The position numbers and the translations under genes are program-made. From a virus, in IMG/VR virus record IMGVR_UViG_3300042691_032761: DNA of 64,000 nucleotides; one strand, written 5' to 3'. The notes under the pieces are model-generated. The model saw nothing but the letters and a program-made list of their open reading frames with translations, was not told where the DNA came from and made no database searches. How positions within the stretch are numbered: position 1 is the first letter of the stretch; each line of letters starts with the position of its first letter. This document shows, in pieces, positions 21,231 through 31,504 of this stretch.

Positions 21231-21602
21231 TCAGAAAGCGACCGCTTCTGGTTCCGATTGTCTATTCTTGGAAAGCTTAGTGATCTTAGAAAAATTATTA
21301 ACCCTTACTCTTAGTGTGCTATGCTTCACACCGTCTTTTTCCCAACTGTCGTTTCGCAGAGAGCCTTCTACCATAACTAGGTCGCCCTTCTTGAAAGAGT
21401 CGGCAATAATCTCTGCTCCGCTATCCCATGCCTCACAATTGATAAAAGTGGTAACCTTATCCTTGTCTCCTGATGCCTTAGTATATTCTCTAGAAACAGC
21501 AACAGTAAAATTTACTACTGATACTGATTTTCCATTATTGCTCTCAATCTTTCGTAGTTCAGGATCTCTTGTTAAGTTACCGCGTAATAAAGTTATATTC
21601 AT
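21231..21602 (-). CDS. ssb: Single-stranded DNA-binding protein
   Basis: LRGNLTRDPELR, FINCEAW and KGDLVMVEGSL motifs; C-terminal Phe. Confidence 0.95.
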   Translation of the reverse strand: MNITLLRGNLTRDPELRKIESNNGKSVSVVNFTVAVSREYTKASGDKDKVTTFINCEAWDSGAEIIADSFKKGDLVMVEGSLRNDSWEKDGVKHSTLRVRVNNFSKITKLSKNRQSEPEAVAF

Positions 21603-21646
21603 ATAAATTCCCCTTAATAGTTTTTAAATTCCAATACCAACACCAT

Positions 21647-21674
21647 ATTATACCTTGAGCCCAACGCAAGTCAA
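21647..21674 (-). promoter_or_regulatory. Sigma70-like promoter TTGACT-N16-TATAAT for ssb
   Basis: Plus-strand AGTCAA at 21669-21674 and ATTATA at 21647-21652. Confidence 0.7.
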
Positions 21675-23236
21675 GCCTTCGGTATAAAAGTTTTTTCTAT
21701 AGACAACGAGTCTTTGTCTTTTGATCTGTTTCCTTTAACAATGATAATATTGCCTAAAAATAATTGATTTCTATATTTCCTATACGCTTCTGGAAAGTAT
21801 ACTATACTGTCCAATGATGCTGTACCATCGTTCAAAGTTATGAATGCCATTTCTGAACCAACACTTTTGCCCTTCTTGGTTTTGACTACTCTGATATTTT
21901 CTATTTCACCAGCTAAAATAATATTATTATTAGATGAGCATTTATTGTTCTTAAAATCTTTACAGGATGAAGAAACCATACTAATATCATACATATCAAC
22001 CTTTGAGCAGGATATGGAGCATCCTATCAGCATATTTTCTGTGTCAGCCAGCCACTCTATAGTATCTTCCAGAGAATAGGGTGGTTTTTTTAATGATTCT
22101 ATAAGATTCATTATGGTCAATTGTCTTTTTGAGGATATTTTAGACGATGATACTAGCATCTCCAAATTTTTTTGAAGGCTTTTATCTGTCTGCAAAACTT
22201 TCTGTAAATTTTCTGTTTCTTTCGCAGTTAATTCATTAAAGATATTATATTCAAACAACATTCTATTTCTATGAATCTTCAAAAAATCCAACGCCCCTGA
22301 TTGTATCAGAGCTTTTGATGCTGTGCTATTGATATGACTGAATAAAAATAGATATTCCATCCATGTCATTGTTTTAAGATTGAGTTTTAAGCTTTCTATA
22401 GTATTTTTTAACTTATCAAAAGCTGATTTTCCAACACCTTTAATGTCTGTCAATCCGAAATAGATACATTTTTTATCTAGTTCAACAAACTCATTTACCA
22501 TTCTTATATCTGGATTGCAAACCACAATATTCATTTCCGTAGCATTTTGAACAAGTTCCTTTATCTCCATTTGTGGATCAATTTTATCTTTTGCAAATCT
22601 CAGATAAGAAGCAAAAAATACTCTAGCATAATGTGCTTTGGCATATGCTGAAAGATACGAATTCATAGCATAACTAATGGCGTGGCTCTTGTTAAAAGAA
22701 TATCTTTGGCTTTTTTCGATCCAATTGAAAATTTCCTCCGCTTGAGACTTGTTGATTGAGCCAACTTTTTCGCATCCATCAATGAATGTAATTTTTAATT
22801 TAGCCATTTCTTCTGGCTTCTTTTTGCCAATAGCTTTTCTTAACATATCTGCTTCTTGCAAATTGAATCCCGCAATTACTCTGGCTATTTCCATTGCCTG
22901 TTCTTGATATACCATTTCTCCATATGTTGTTTTTAAAATGGGTTCAAGAGATTCGTGGAAATAATCAACTGTTTCTAAACCATTTTTTTTATCTATATAA
23001 TGATTGGTAACACTTTTGCCATCTCTAATTGCTTCCAAACATCCAGGACGCATAATACTAATTAATGCTGCAAGCTCCTCGATATTTGATGGCTTCAATT
23101 TTTTTGCTATACTTCGTCCTAATCTGGACTCTAACTGAAAACATCCTTTGGTGTTTCCAGCAGATATAAGATCCCAAGTCAAAGGACACTCCAAATCCAT
23201 AAGCGCAATATCTGCATTAAATATTATTGAAGGCAT
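21671..23236 (-). CDS. dnaE: DNA polymerase III alpha, C-terminal half (fingers, HhH, OB)
   Basis: GCFQLES, RPG, YQEQAM, ADMLRKAIGKK, YSFNKSHA, GLTDIKGVG and OB-fold MAFITLND motifs. Confidence 0.92.
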   Translation of the reverse strand: MPSIIFNADIALMDLECPLTWDLISAGNTKGCFQLESRLGRSIAKKLKPSNIEELAALISIMRPGCLEAIRDGKSVTNHYIDKKNGLETVDYFHESLEPILKTTYGEMVYQEQAMEIARVIAGFNLQEADMLRKAIGKKKPEEMAKLKITFIDGCEKVGSINKSQAEEIFNWIEKSQRYSFNKSHAISYAMNSYLSAYAKAHYARVFFASYLRFAKDKIDPQMEIKELVQNATEMNIVVCNPDIRMVNEFVELDKKCIYFGLTDIKGVGKSAFDKLKNTIESLKLNLKTMTWMEYLFLFSHINSTASKALIQSGALDFLKIHRNRMLFEYNIFNELTAKETENLQKVLQTDKSLQKNLEMLVSSSKISSKRQLTIMNLIESLKKPPYSLEDTIEWLADTENMLIGCSISCSKVDMYDISMVSSSCKDFKNNKCSSNNNIILAGEIENIRVVKTKKGKSVGSEMAFITLNDGTASLDSIVYFPEAYRKYRNQLFLGNIIIVKGNRSKDKDSLSIEKTFIPKA

Positions 23237-23909
23237 TCTTAAACTTTATCTTTGAGGAAAGATTTTTGTGTAACTTTAGAAATCTTAATAGAATATTTGC
23301 ACAGTCTTTGACATCTTTTAGAGCGTCGTGAGCATTTTCAGAAGATATGCTCATATATTCTCTAACATTATCTAACGAAAGACTTTTAACGTCATCAACA
23401 TAAGCAAACCAATAATATAATAAATTCATTATATCTAGAACATCTCTTGGATAAAAGATATTTGATTCTTCTTCTTTATTAGTATTTCCATATTTTTTTG
23501 CTAGTCTATGAACAATTTTAAGATCAAATCTATTTATATTATATCCAGCCGCTATTGGTGCAGAGAATTGACTCTTTTTTGTTGTCCTACAGTGGTGTTT
23601 TTCCAGATAGTCGATAAACATTGACCATCCTTGTTTTTGAGATATTGAATCTTTCCAAGACTTTAAAATTTCTGATTGCTCACATCCTCTAACTTTAGCA
23701 TGAAATCCCAGTATATCTGAATCATACGGATGGGATGGATCTTCTTCTAATTTATCTGGCTTGAGCATCAAATTAAATTCCGAATTTGGCACTACTTCTA
23801 ATTTAATTGGATCAATAATTAGTGCTGCTATCTGTACTGGACTACACACATTCGGATTCGCCCCGTCTGTTTCAAAATCGAACACACAAATTTTATTATA
23901 TTGTTTCAT
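23217..23909 (-). CDS. dnaQ: DEDDh 3'-5' exonuclease (DnaQ-like)
   Basis: ExoI FDFETDG, ExoII YNINRFD, ExoIII HDALKD. Confidence 0.85.
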   Translation of the reverse strand: MKQYNKICVFDFETDGANPNVCSPVQIAALIIDPIKLEVVPNSEFNLMLKPDKLEEDPSHPYDSDILGFHAKVRGCEQSEILKSWKDSISQKQGWSMFIDYLEKHHCRTTKKSQFSAPIAAGYNINRFDLKIVHRLAKKYGNTNKEEESNIFYPRDVLDIMNLLYYWFAYVDDVKSLSLDNVREYMSISSENAHDALKDVKDCANILLRFLKLHKNLSSKIKFKNAFNNI

Positions 23910-24085
23910 GCTGTTTCTACTGTTACGTTCTCCAGTGGCAAAATCATAGTTTTTTCTTGAGTTTGGTTATTTATGGCATTATTTACATGACAGCAGCTAA
24001 CTCTATCATCATCTATTCTTGTATAGGAAATAGAATTGTGTATGAATTTTTCTCCAACCACAAGGTCTTTAAATTGCTTGTCCAT
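23906..24085 (-). CDS. Small hypothetical protein (59 aa), absent from the ORF track
   Basis: MDKQFKDLVVGEKF...VETA*. TAATG overlap with the dnaE-N stop and ATGA overlap with the exonuclease start. Confidence 0.7.
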   Translation of the reverse strand: MDKQFKDLVVGEKFIHNSISYTRIDDDRVSCCHVNNAINNQTQEKTMILPLENVTVETA

Positions 24086-25962
24086 TAGTTTTCTCCTTTT
24101 TGTAAGAGTTCTTGAATAGTCATTATTTTATCTAACATTGCAATACCTAGAATATCAAATTTAATAATACCTATGCTCTCTAAGTCTTGCATTTCCATAC
24201 CCGCTATGGTTTGATCGTTCCTATTATCATAGACCATTGGACACATTTCGCCAAGAGGTTTGGAACTAATAGCAACACCAGCAGCGTGTTTTGATTGGTT
24301 AGTTTTTGTGCCCTCTAGTCTAATTGCCTGTTCAAATCTTTTTGACAATGGACCTATTAATTCTCCTTTATCATCTATTGAGCACCATGGCGATAAATCG
24401 TCTTGATTATTCTCTAATGCCCATCGTATAATAGATGCTTCTCCGGTTTCCTCTTTCATTTCTTGTAGTTCATCTGCAATTTTAGCTTCATCCGGAATGA
24501 ACTTAGTTATATTGTTCATTTCATCAAATGTTATATTTCCATATACTCTTAACACATCTTTTAGTGCTCCCCTTCCTTTCATTGTATTAAAAGTAATCAT
24601 TTGAGAAACCTTGTCTTCCCCATATTTTTGTTTTATATATGAGATAATATCTTCTCTTTTATTGATAGGCACATCTATATCTATATCTGGCATACTAATA
24701 CGATCCTTAGTATTTCTTCCAGCATTATAGAATCTGTCAAAGATCAAATTATATCTAATTGGATCTATTGCTGTTATTCCAACCAAATACGAAACCAGAC
24801 ATCCAGCAGCACTGCCTCGTCCCGGTCCGGGTAGCCACTTATTATTCCTTACATAATTAACAATATCTTGTACTATTAGAAAGTAACTGCTAAGACCAGC
24901 CCCCTGTAAAACATCAAGTTCGTATTTGATCCTATCAACATACTGTGTTTGTTGCTCTATAGGAACTATGTCTTTGATTTTATCTCTCCAGCCATTACGG
25001 CAAAGTTGTCTCAAATATTCTGCTTGATCAAAAGAATCTGGACAATCGAATTCTGGAAGATTCGGCTTCTGATTAATCTCAAAATTCTCACATAAACTAT
25101 CAACAAATTGAGTATTTTCAATTTCTTCCTCTGTGTGCAAATTATTTATTTCTTCATTACTAAGTATATGGTAATTATCAGAGATAAAAAATGTGTCCAT
25201 TCCAAAATTTTCTTTATTCAATATTTTAGAATTGACATCAATAAATGTGGTCTTTAAATTATTACACAGTAATACTCTTTGATCTATAGCATCTTCTCTT
25301 TCACAATAATGAGCATCTGGAGTTGCTATGACCTTTATCTTTTTTTGTTTGGCAATTTTTCTAATACAATCAGTTACATCTTTTTGAATAGGATTATGTT
25401 CCTGATCCATTAATTGGGCTTCTAAGAAAAAATTATCTTTACCAAAAATATTTTGGAGTTTATCAATAATTGGTATAGCATTATTTTCCCAATCGTTATT
25501 TATAGTATCGTTGGTCATAATTTTATTGGCCACAACCGATCCTAAGTGGCCAGCAAATCCTATTATATTTCCATCTAGTAGTTTGCCAAGCCTATCCAAA
25601 TCCAATCTTGGCTTATAATAAAATAAGTCAGATCTATTTGATTCCGATATTATCTTAATCATCGTCTGCCATCCGGTATAATTTTTGGCTAAAATTACCA
25701 AATGACTTAGATCTCTATTAGACGAGTCTTTTATTGATGCATCATTATTAGAGATATATAATTCGCAACCTAAAATGGGTTTAATGCCAGCAGACTTCAT
25801 TGTCGAATGAAACTTAACCGTGCCAGAGATATTACCATGGTCTGTTAAAGCGCACGAAGATACTCCTATTTTATTGCATCTCTCTGCTATTTGTTGAGGT
25901 TTGCTTAATCCATCTAGCAAAGAATAATGACTGTGAACATGCAATGGAATATATTTTTTCAT
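24085..25962 (-). CDS. dnaE: DNA polymerase III alpha, N-terminal half (PHP plus catalytic palm)
   Basis: LHVHSHYSLLDG, TDHG, GPGRGSAAG, PDIDID, HAAG and KFDILG motifs. Confidence 0.95.
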   Translation of the reverse strand: MKKYIPLHVHSHYSLLDGLSKPQQIAERCNKIGVSSCALTDHGNISGTVKFHSTMKSAGIKPILGCELYISNNDASIKDSSNRDLSHLVILAKNYTGWQTMIKIISESNRSDLFYYKPRLDLDRLGKLLDGNIIGFAGHLGSVVANKIMTNDTINNDWENNAIPIIDKLQNIFGKDNFFLEAQLMDQEHNPIQKDVTDCIRKIAKQKKIKVIATPDAHYCEREDAIDQRVLLCNNLKTTFIDVNSKILNKENFGMDTFFISDNYHILSNEEINNLHTEEEIENTQFVDSLCENFEINQKPNLPEFDCPDSFDQAEYLRQLCRNGWRDKIKDIVPIEQQTQYVDRIKYELDVLQGAGLSSYFLIVQDIVNYVRNNKWLPGPGRGSAAGCLVSYLVGITAIDPIRYNLIFDRFYNAGRNTKDRISMPDIDIDVPINKREDIISYIKQKYGEDKVSQMITFNTMKGRGALKDVLRVYGNITFDEMNNITKFIPDEAKIADELQEMKEETGEASIIRWALENNQDDLSPWCSIDDKGELIGPLSKRFEQAIRLEGTKTNQSKHAAGVAISSKPLGEMCPMVYDNRNDQTIAGMEMQDLESIGIIKFDILGIAMLDKIMTIQELLQKGEN

Positions 25963-26996
25963 TGACCAGGAGCCTCATAATGACCAAAAGTATGGTTCTT
26001 GTGCTTGTAATTCTTTGTTACTTCGTCTATCCCTAACAGTTCTATATCATGTTTAATTTGTTCGCATTTAGTCATTGTTGATCCTTTGGAACAAACTTGA
26101 TTATTTCGATATTCTATCGTGGGCAAAATATTAGTGTCTTCAAAAGTGGTTTTACCAAAATGACATAATTTGCTACACATCCATGTTTTTTTAAGTCTTG
26201 GCTTCTTGGTTTTCTTAATAATTTCAAATTTTTGCATTAACATTTGTTCTGTTTCTATAAGATCTTTGTCATCGAAAGACATAGAAAAGACACCCCCATC
26301 ATTTATGAAATTTATAGATACCATAAAATGTGCAATCTCAGGATACAAATGCCTTATTGCATAATGGTATATTCTTAATTGAGGATCTTTTTCCAATTTT
26401 TCTTGAGTTTTTTCTTGTCCAGTAGCCCAATCTAATCTTTTTCCAGTTTTCCAGTCTACAATCTCATAGAGATCATCGTTTACTTTTGTGATTAAATCTA
26501 TTGTTCCTTTTAGTCCAAGATATCCTTCTAGTAAACCGTCTTCTGTTTTATAAGAATATTTGGCCCAAGGTTTTTCGATAATAAAATCAAAATGTTGCTC
26601 TGGTTGAACTATGAATCTATTTCTAGGATCAAACATTCCTTTGTTGTAGTTCAAAGTTTTGTAGACCCAATTGTAACACTCCGAAAAGTCTTTGTCAACC
26701 CATTGGTGATGAGAATTGGCATTGGAATAGTGAGTATAAACCACTTTAATGATTTCGTCTAAATTATAATTAGATACATTTATTTTACCAACTATATCAT
26801 CATCAATAAATAATAATTTATCTTGTTCGGCTTTTTTAATAACCGCCAATACTTCTAATACTTTGTGGACTATGGTTCCTTTGTCTGCTTTTTTGTTAGA
26901 CGGTCCTCTCCATCCTAAAACGTATTCTAAAAAATATTGTTGCTCACACATGCTGTGTGCATTATACGAGGAACTACGGAAATATGTTATAATCAT
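25959..26996 (-). CDS. PD-(D/E)XK exonuclease, AddB/Cas4-like
   Basis: GTIVH, GTIDL, IVDWKTG and QLRIY motifs; N-terminal Cys and C-terminal CSKLC. Confidence 0.85.
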   Translation of the reverse strand: MIITYFRSSSYNAHSMCEQQYFLEYVLGWRGPSNKKADKGTIVHKVLEVLAVIKKAEQDKLLFIDDDIVGKINVSNYNLDEIIKVVYTHYSNANSHHQWVDKDFSECYNWVYKTLNYNKGMFDPRNRFIVQPEQHFDFIIEKPWAKYSYKTEDGLLEGYLGLKGTIDLITKVNDDLYEIVDWKTGKRLDWATGQEKTQEKLEKDPQLRIYHYAIRHLYPEIAHFMVSINFINDGGVFSMSFDDKDLIETEQMLMQKFEIIKKTKKPRLKKTWMCSKLCHFGKTTFEDTNILPTIEYRNNQVCSKGSTMTKCEQIKHDIELLGIDEVTKNYKHKNHTFGHYEAPGQ

Positions 26997-27739
26997 TATT
27001 TTGCTGTTTCTTTTATTAGGATATCATATACCATGCCACATTGTTCTTCTATGTCTATATTTTGATTATCAATGACATAATTAAAATTTGACCAGTCGTA
27101 TACATTAGGGTCCAGAGCCGTCTCTGATTTATGTTCTTCTATATTATTTTCATTGGATAATTTTCTTGTTAATCTAATAACAACTCCATTATTATTTTTT
27201 ATGGCATCAACCTCATTAGGAAAACGACAATCTGTAACAAGAGCTATATTTGGTTTGTCTTTCATTATTTTTCTGATTAAAGACTCTGGCCATATATTTG
27301 GTTTTATTGTCCTAAAAAAGTCTGTTCCAATCAATTGCATCATGTCTCTTCCAGACAATGGTTTATTATCATAACTCATATCTGTTAATTGATTTTTTTG
27401 ATCATCTGTTCCATAGCATTGCTCATAACTTAAACCAAACATATCTATACAAATATCTTGTTTGAGAGGATCAGCAAAACTATAAATCTTAATATGAGAA
27501 CTCAATTGCTGAATAACATCAAATATTTCTTGATCAATATATCCAATGTTATTATAGTATTTTACAATATCTACATCTATATATTCTTGATTTGTTTTTT
27601 TTATTCTTATGGTGCCATTATCCGTTAGCATAACTTCTGGAAAGATTTCTTTTCCTGCTAAGCCTATACAATATAAAAAATTTGCACATGTTGTTTTACC
27701 AGACTGTTTTTTCCCAGAAAAGCCTAAAATCAAAGTCAT
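26996..27739 (-). CDS. Deoxynucleoside monophosphate kinase
   Basis: GKKQSGKT, FADPLK, R..MQLIGT, TDCRFPNE and HKSE motifs. Confidence 0.85.
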   Translation of the reverse strand: MTLILGFSGKKQSGKTTCANFLYCIGLAGKEIFPEVMLTDNGTIRIKKTNQEYIDVDIVKYYNNIGYIDQEIFDVIQQLSSHIKIYSFADPLKQDICIDMFGLSYEQCYGTDDQKNQLTDMSYDNKPLSGRDMMQLIGTDFFRTIKPNIWPESLIRKIMKDKPNIALVTDCRFPNEVDAIKNNNGVVIRLTRKLSNENNIEEHKSETALDPNVYDWSNFNYVIDNQNIDIEEQCGMVYDILIKETAK

Positions 27740-28848
27740 AATATAATCCTTGGTGATATAATTTTTTTAATCTCTTCGACGGTCATCTCCGCAACGTCGT
27801 TTGTTTGAATCTGTATGTGATCTATGTTATATATTTTAGCACATTTTTTTTGAATTTGTTCTCTGGCTTTTATCCCAGCATCATCATTGTCCATAATTGT
27901 GATTATCTTCATTGCTCCTGAAATGTCCAAAAGCATCTTTTGTTTATCATTAAGGTTTGCACCAAAAATAGCAACTCCATTATGTATTCCGGCCTCTTCT
28001 AATCTCCAGACATTGCCCGGACTTTCTACGACAACAACCACTTTTGATTGCTTTATATGATCTTTGGCGTACCAAAAATTATACAAACACTCTTCTGCTC
28101 TAAATCCTTCGCTATGTTTCCATTTTGGTTTTATATTGTCAACAATTGATCTTCCTGTGCATCCAACCATATACTCGTGGTTGGCGTCATAAATAGGAGC
28201 CACAGCACGGTTATACATCTCCTTGCCGTCTGTGATGCAGTCTCCAACGTCATATTTAATCAGTACCTCTGCCGAGAAGCCGCGATTTAAAAAATAAGGA
28301 CTTGGTATCTTTAAGGCTCTTTGAATATGTTCCCTTTTGACCGTATTAGATACTTTATTTTGTTTTTGGGTTAATATATTAGTATTAGAAACAAATGATT
28401 GTTTGTCTTTTTCAACTCTAGAAACAGATATTTTAGTTGGATCTATTTTGGAAAATTCTTTAATGAAATCTAATGTTTGACCAAAAGATACAGTATCGTC
28501 TCCACTCTCTAGCCAATTCATCTCTTTATGAGATAATAAACCACGAATAAAGCCAATAATAGAACCCTTAAATATTTTTTCGCACTGATGAGTTCTACAT
28601 TTCCAATTTCCTCTATATGAATCACCAATATGATATATATTTAATGCGGATGGATTGTCTCCTCCGTGTATGGGACAACACATACTATAAAATTTGCCAT
28701 TATTTTTGTAGTCTAAATTAAAATAATCAAATAGATCTTCTATGTTATCACAAAGTTGATCACAGACTATCTTTAGTTTATTTTGATCAATCGAATGGTA
28801 TGCTGTCTTGTTCTTCGACTGTAAATCCATTGTCTGTGTCTGTTCCAT
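27736..28848 (-). CDS. dnaG: DNA primase (CHC2 zinc finger plus TOPRIM)
   Basis: CPIH...CRTHQC zinc finger; VVVES and DNDDAG TOPRIM motifs. Confidence 0.85.
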   Translation of the reverse strand: MEQTQTMDLQSKNKTAYHSIDQNKLKIVCDQLCDNIEDLFDYFNLDYKNNGKFYSMCCPIHGGDNPSALNIYHIGDSYRGNWKCRTHQCEKIFKGSIIGFIRGLLSHKEMNWLESGDDTVSFGQTLDFIKEFSKIDPTKISVSRVEKDKQSFVSNTNILTQKQNKVSNTVKREHIQRALKIPSPYFLNRGFSAEVLIKYDVGDCITDGKEMYNRAVAPIYDANHEYMVGCTGRSIVDNIKPKWKHSEGFRAEECLYNFWYAKDHIKQSKVVVVVESPGNVWRLEEAGIHNGVAIFGANLNDKQKMLLDISGAMKIITIMDNDDAGIKAREQIQKKCAKIYNIDHIQIQTNDVAEMTVEEIKKIISPRIIL

Positions 28849-30232
28849 TTAAAATTTCCAATCTTGTTTTACCTTCTGTTATTTTTGCACACCAACCCTT
28901 CATATGGCAGTTTATGTAGTCATTATCATCTAACCCTGAGCCATGTCGGCTTATTAGGGGTAAAAGTTTTCGGTTTCCATTAGTGGGACCGTCTTCTGCC
29001 ATTTCTTCATCGCTTTTTCTTTTGAATATACTAAAATTGCTGCATAGCCAAATAATTCTATCGGATCCAGATGCTGTGTCCGTACTTTCTTTGGTTATAC
29101 CATCTCTGTTCAATTGTACAAAAGCCATAATAGGAATCTGATATTTGACAGCAAAGTTATGGAGTGTTGTCATCATAAATCCTAAGACCTGATACTCTTT
29201 CATATCCTGAGATATTCCAGCACTATCCATGAGTTTTAGATAGTCATAAAATATAACACACTGTTTTGCTGTTCCATCACTATTTAATCCAACATGTTTC
29301 ATAATCCATCTTCTCATGATAGATAATTGTTCTTCAAAAGATTTGCCAGCAATACTTTTATGATAAAGTGGTATCTTCTCTAATTCTTTTGCTGCTAATT
29401 CTATTTTATTTGATAAAGATGGTACTTCGGCAAATTTTCCTGTTTCAATCTTATTGATCTCGATTTCTGTTATCATTGCCAGAATACGATGAATGTGATC
29501 ATTTTTTGTCATTTCGGTATCCATGTTTAATACTGGAATACCCATTTTTGCTATATTATATCCCATATTATCAGACAATAGCGTTTTTCCGGTCTTTGGT
29601 CTTGCGGCGATCACATTAATTGTGCTTTTCCTTAAGCCTCCACCTATAGCAAAATCATAAGCAGGAAATCCCGTGGATATGCCAACTTGATCTATGGGAT
29701 TATTTTTAAGATGATCTAAATAATCACTTAGTCCTTGTGATATCTGCACAGGGTTATTATCTGCATCGTCTAGAGTTGAACTAAAATTCAGAATAGGATC
29801 TTCTGCTATGCTGAGAATATGTGTTATAGATTCTGAACCATTTATTTGGTTAACTTTTTGTTGAATATCTTTTAATTGACTTTGCAATTTTCTTGCAATT
29901 TGTAGCTTTTTTAATTTGACACAAAATTGCATCAAATTCGAATAATCGGCAGGAAATTCTAGTATAGCTTTTAGATGCTGAGTCTCCTCTTTCTTTTGCA
30001 AAATAGAGTCGAAGCCCAGGTCTTTTGCTGTAGAATATATTGAAGCTATATCTATAGCTTTTTGTCCATTGTCTGTAAAAATTTTCTTAATACACTTAAA
30101 TATCAGAATATTACTATCTATTGTGAAAGAATGCTCGTCCACAATATCTGCAACTTCGATATATGATTGTTCTCCTGTTTTGCACAATATTGCCAAAACA
30201 GCTCTTTCAATAGCAGGGTCTGATAATGTCAT
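28787..30232 (-). CDS. dnaB: Replicative DNA helicase
   Basis: GISTGF, ARPKTGKT, DTEM, FYDYL and QLNR motifs. Confidence 0.92.
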   Translation of the reverse strand: MTLSDPAIERAVLAILCKTGEQSYIEVADIVDEHSFTIDSNILIFKCIKKIFTDNGQKAIDIASIYSTAKDLGFDSILQKKEETQHLKAILEFPADYSNLMQFCVKLKKLQIARKLQSQLKDIQQKVNQINGSESITHILSIAEDPILNFSSTLDDADNNPVQISQGLSDYLDHLKNNPIDQVGISTGFPAYDFAIGGGLRKSTINVIAARPKTGKTLLSDNMGYNIAKMGIPVLNMDTEMTKNDHIHRILAMITEIEINKIETGKFAEVPSLSNKIELAAKELEKIPLYHKSIAGKSFEEQLSIMRRWIMKHVGLNSDGTAKQCVIFYDYLKLMDSAGISQDMKEYQVLGFMMTTLHNFAVKYQIPIMAFVQLNRDGITKESTDTASGSDRIIWLCSNFSIFKRKSDEEMAEDGPTNGNRKLLPLISRHGSGLDDNDYINCHMKGWCAKITEGKTRLEILNGTDTDNGFTVEEQDSIPFD

Positions 30233-30235
30233 AAT

Positions 30236-30625
30236 TTATCCAGCGGATATGGAGCACTTGTTACATTTATATCGGTCTTGTTCTATGAGAAGTCCAGGAT
30301 TTATTTTCTCTTTTCTTCCACAACATCTGCATTGTACCGTGATACTTTCAAAATGTCTATTCCTCTCTGTGGGGGGATACCTATTTAATTTTTGATCAAT
30401 AATGGTATCCTCTTTATGAGAATCTTTTTCTCTCATAGTATCAAAAAAATTGATGCCATCAGACTTTGCTTTGCTTTTGTTGGTCTTGATAGCGCTCGAT
30501 TGTTTGGGTTTGCTTTTTCTTTTTTGAGTAACCTTATTTGAAGTTGCTTCTTCGTTTGGTAAAAGTTTAGATAGTATATTGATGATATCTTTTATTTGAT
30601 CTGGTTTTAAGTCATTGAGATCCAT
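30236..30625 (-). CDS. Hypothetical protein with C-terminal zinc ribbon
   Basis: CRCCG...CNKC motif. Confidence 0.6.
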   Translation of the reverse strand: MDLNDLKPDQIKDIINILSKLLPNEEATSNKVTQKRKSKPKQSSAIKTNKSKAKSDGINFFDTMREKDSHKEDTIIDQKLNRYPPTERNRHFESITVQCRCCGRKEKINPGLLIEQDRYKCNKCSISAG

Positions 30626-31106
30626 TTTTCACCTTATTCCTTTGAATGGCTAAGATAATATCTGATAAATTTTTGATACTATTTGCTATATATGATAGTC
30701 TGTCTGATCTTTGTTTGGCATATTTTTTTATATTATTCAATGAGGATGCTTTATCATTATGTTTTATAGCTTGTAATGATTTTTCAACAAAACCATAGCC
30801 TTTGTAATTATTAATTTCATCCGCAATTGTTTCTTTTATCGCTTCATCTGCCCAGTTGTATCTTGCTATTTCTCTATTAATTGTTCTTTGAATATGAAAA
30901 GTAAATTGTCCCAAACGATAAGCAATCTGACCACAATCTTCCGGGGTCAAAGTCTCTAGAACTTTTCTATCCATAGTCAAATAAGAATTCAATTCTGTTT
31001 CTGGCAATTGTTCAACATTTGAAGCATATCTACTTAGTCCTATGCCCTGTTCATATTCATCAAGAATATTATCCCAGTGTTGTAGTTCTTCTTTAGCAGT
31101 TTTCAT
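30612..31106 (-). CDS. Helical hypothetical protein (possible recombination mediator)
   Basis: Coiled-coil-like sequence lying between recA and dnaB; function inferred from position only. Confidence 0.45.
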   Translation of the reverse strand: MKTAKEELQHWDNILDEYEQGIGLSRYASNVEQLPETELNSYLTMDRKVLETLTPEDCGQIAYRLGQFTFHIQRTINREIARYNWADEAIKETIADEINNYKGYGFVEKSLQAIKHNDKASSLNNIKKYAKQRSDRLSYIANSIKNLSDIILAIQRNKVKNGSQ

Positions 31107-31503
31107 GATTAATAATCGACTCCCATTCATGTACTTTATTATATGGTAATTCGCAATATTCGATATTGTTAAGATAACACCATTCTTTTTTATCTCTATC
31201 TCTTTTTTGAGCTTTTACGAAAGATAATACATTGTTATGATAAAATGGAATAAACTTATAATGCTGTTCACCATGGACCTCTATGCATTTTTTAAGCAAA
31301 GGGATATAAAAATCCATATACATAACTTCATTTTTACGAGCATATATAGTAATTTCTTCAAGAATTTGCATAGTTGGGTAAAGCCTTTTAATCAAATTTC
31401 TTGCTTCTAAATGTAATGCGGATTTATTTACCGCAGAACCCTTAGATATTCCACCTTTTAAATTTAATGTTGAAACCGATCCGTCTAATCCTTTGACTAG
31501 CAT
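31093..31503 (-). CDS. DUF559/Vsr-like endonuclease
   Basis: MDFYIP...IEVHGEQH...RDRDKKEWC. Confidence 0.7.
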   Translation of the reverse strand: MLVKGLDGSVSTLNLKGGISKGSAVNKSALHLEARNLIKRLYPTMQILEEITIYARKNEVMYMDFYIPLLKKCIEVHGEQHYKFIPFYHNNVLSFVKAQKRDRDKKEWCYLNNIEYCELPYNKVHEWESIINHENC

Positions 31504-31504
31504 A

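Noticed and set aside
23217-24085. Intein or self-splicing intron explaining the dnaE break
   Set aside because: There are no intein terminal motifs, and the interval is fully occupied by two coupled ORFs, leaving no room for a structured intron.
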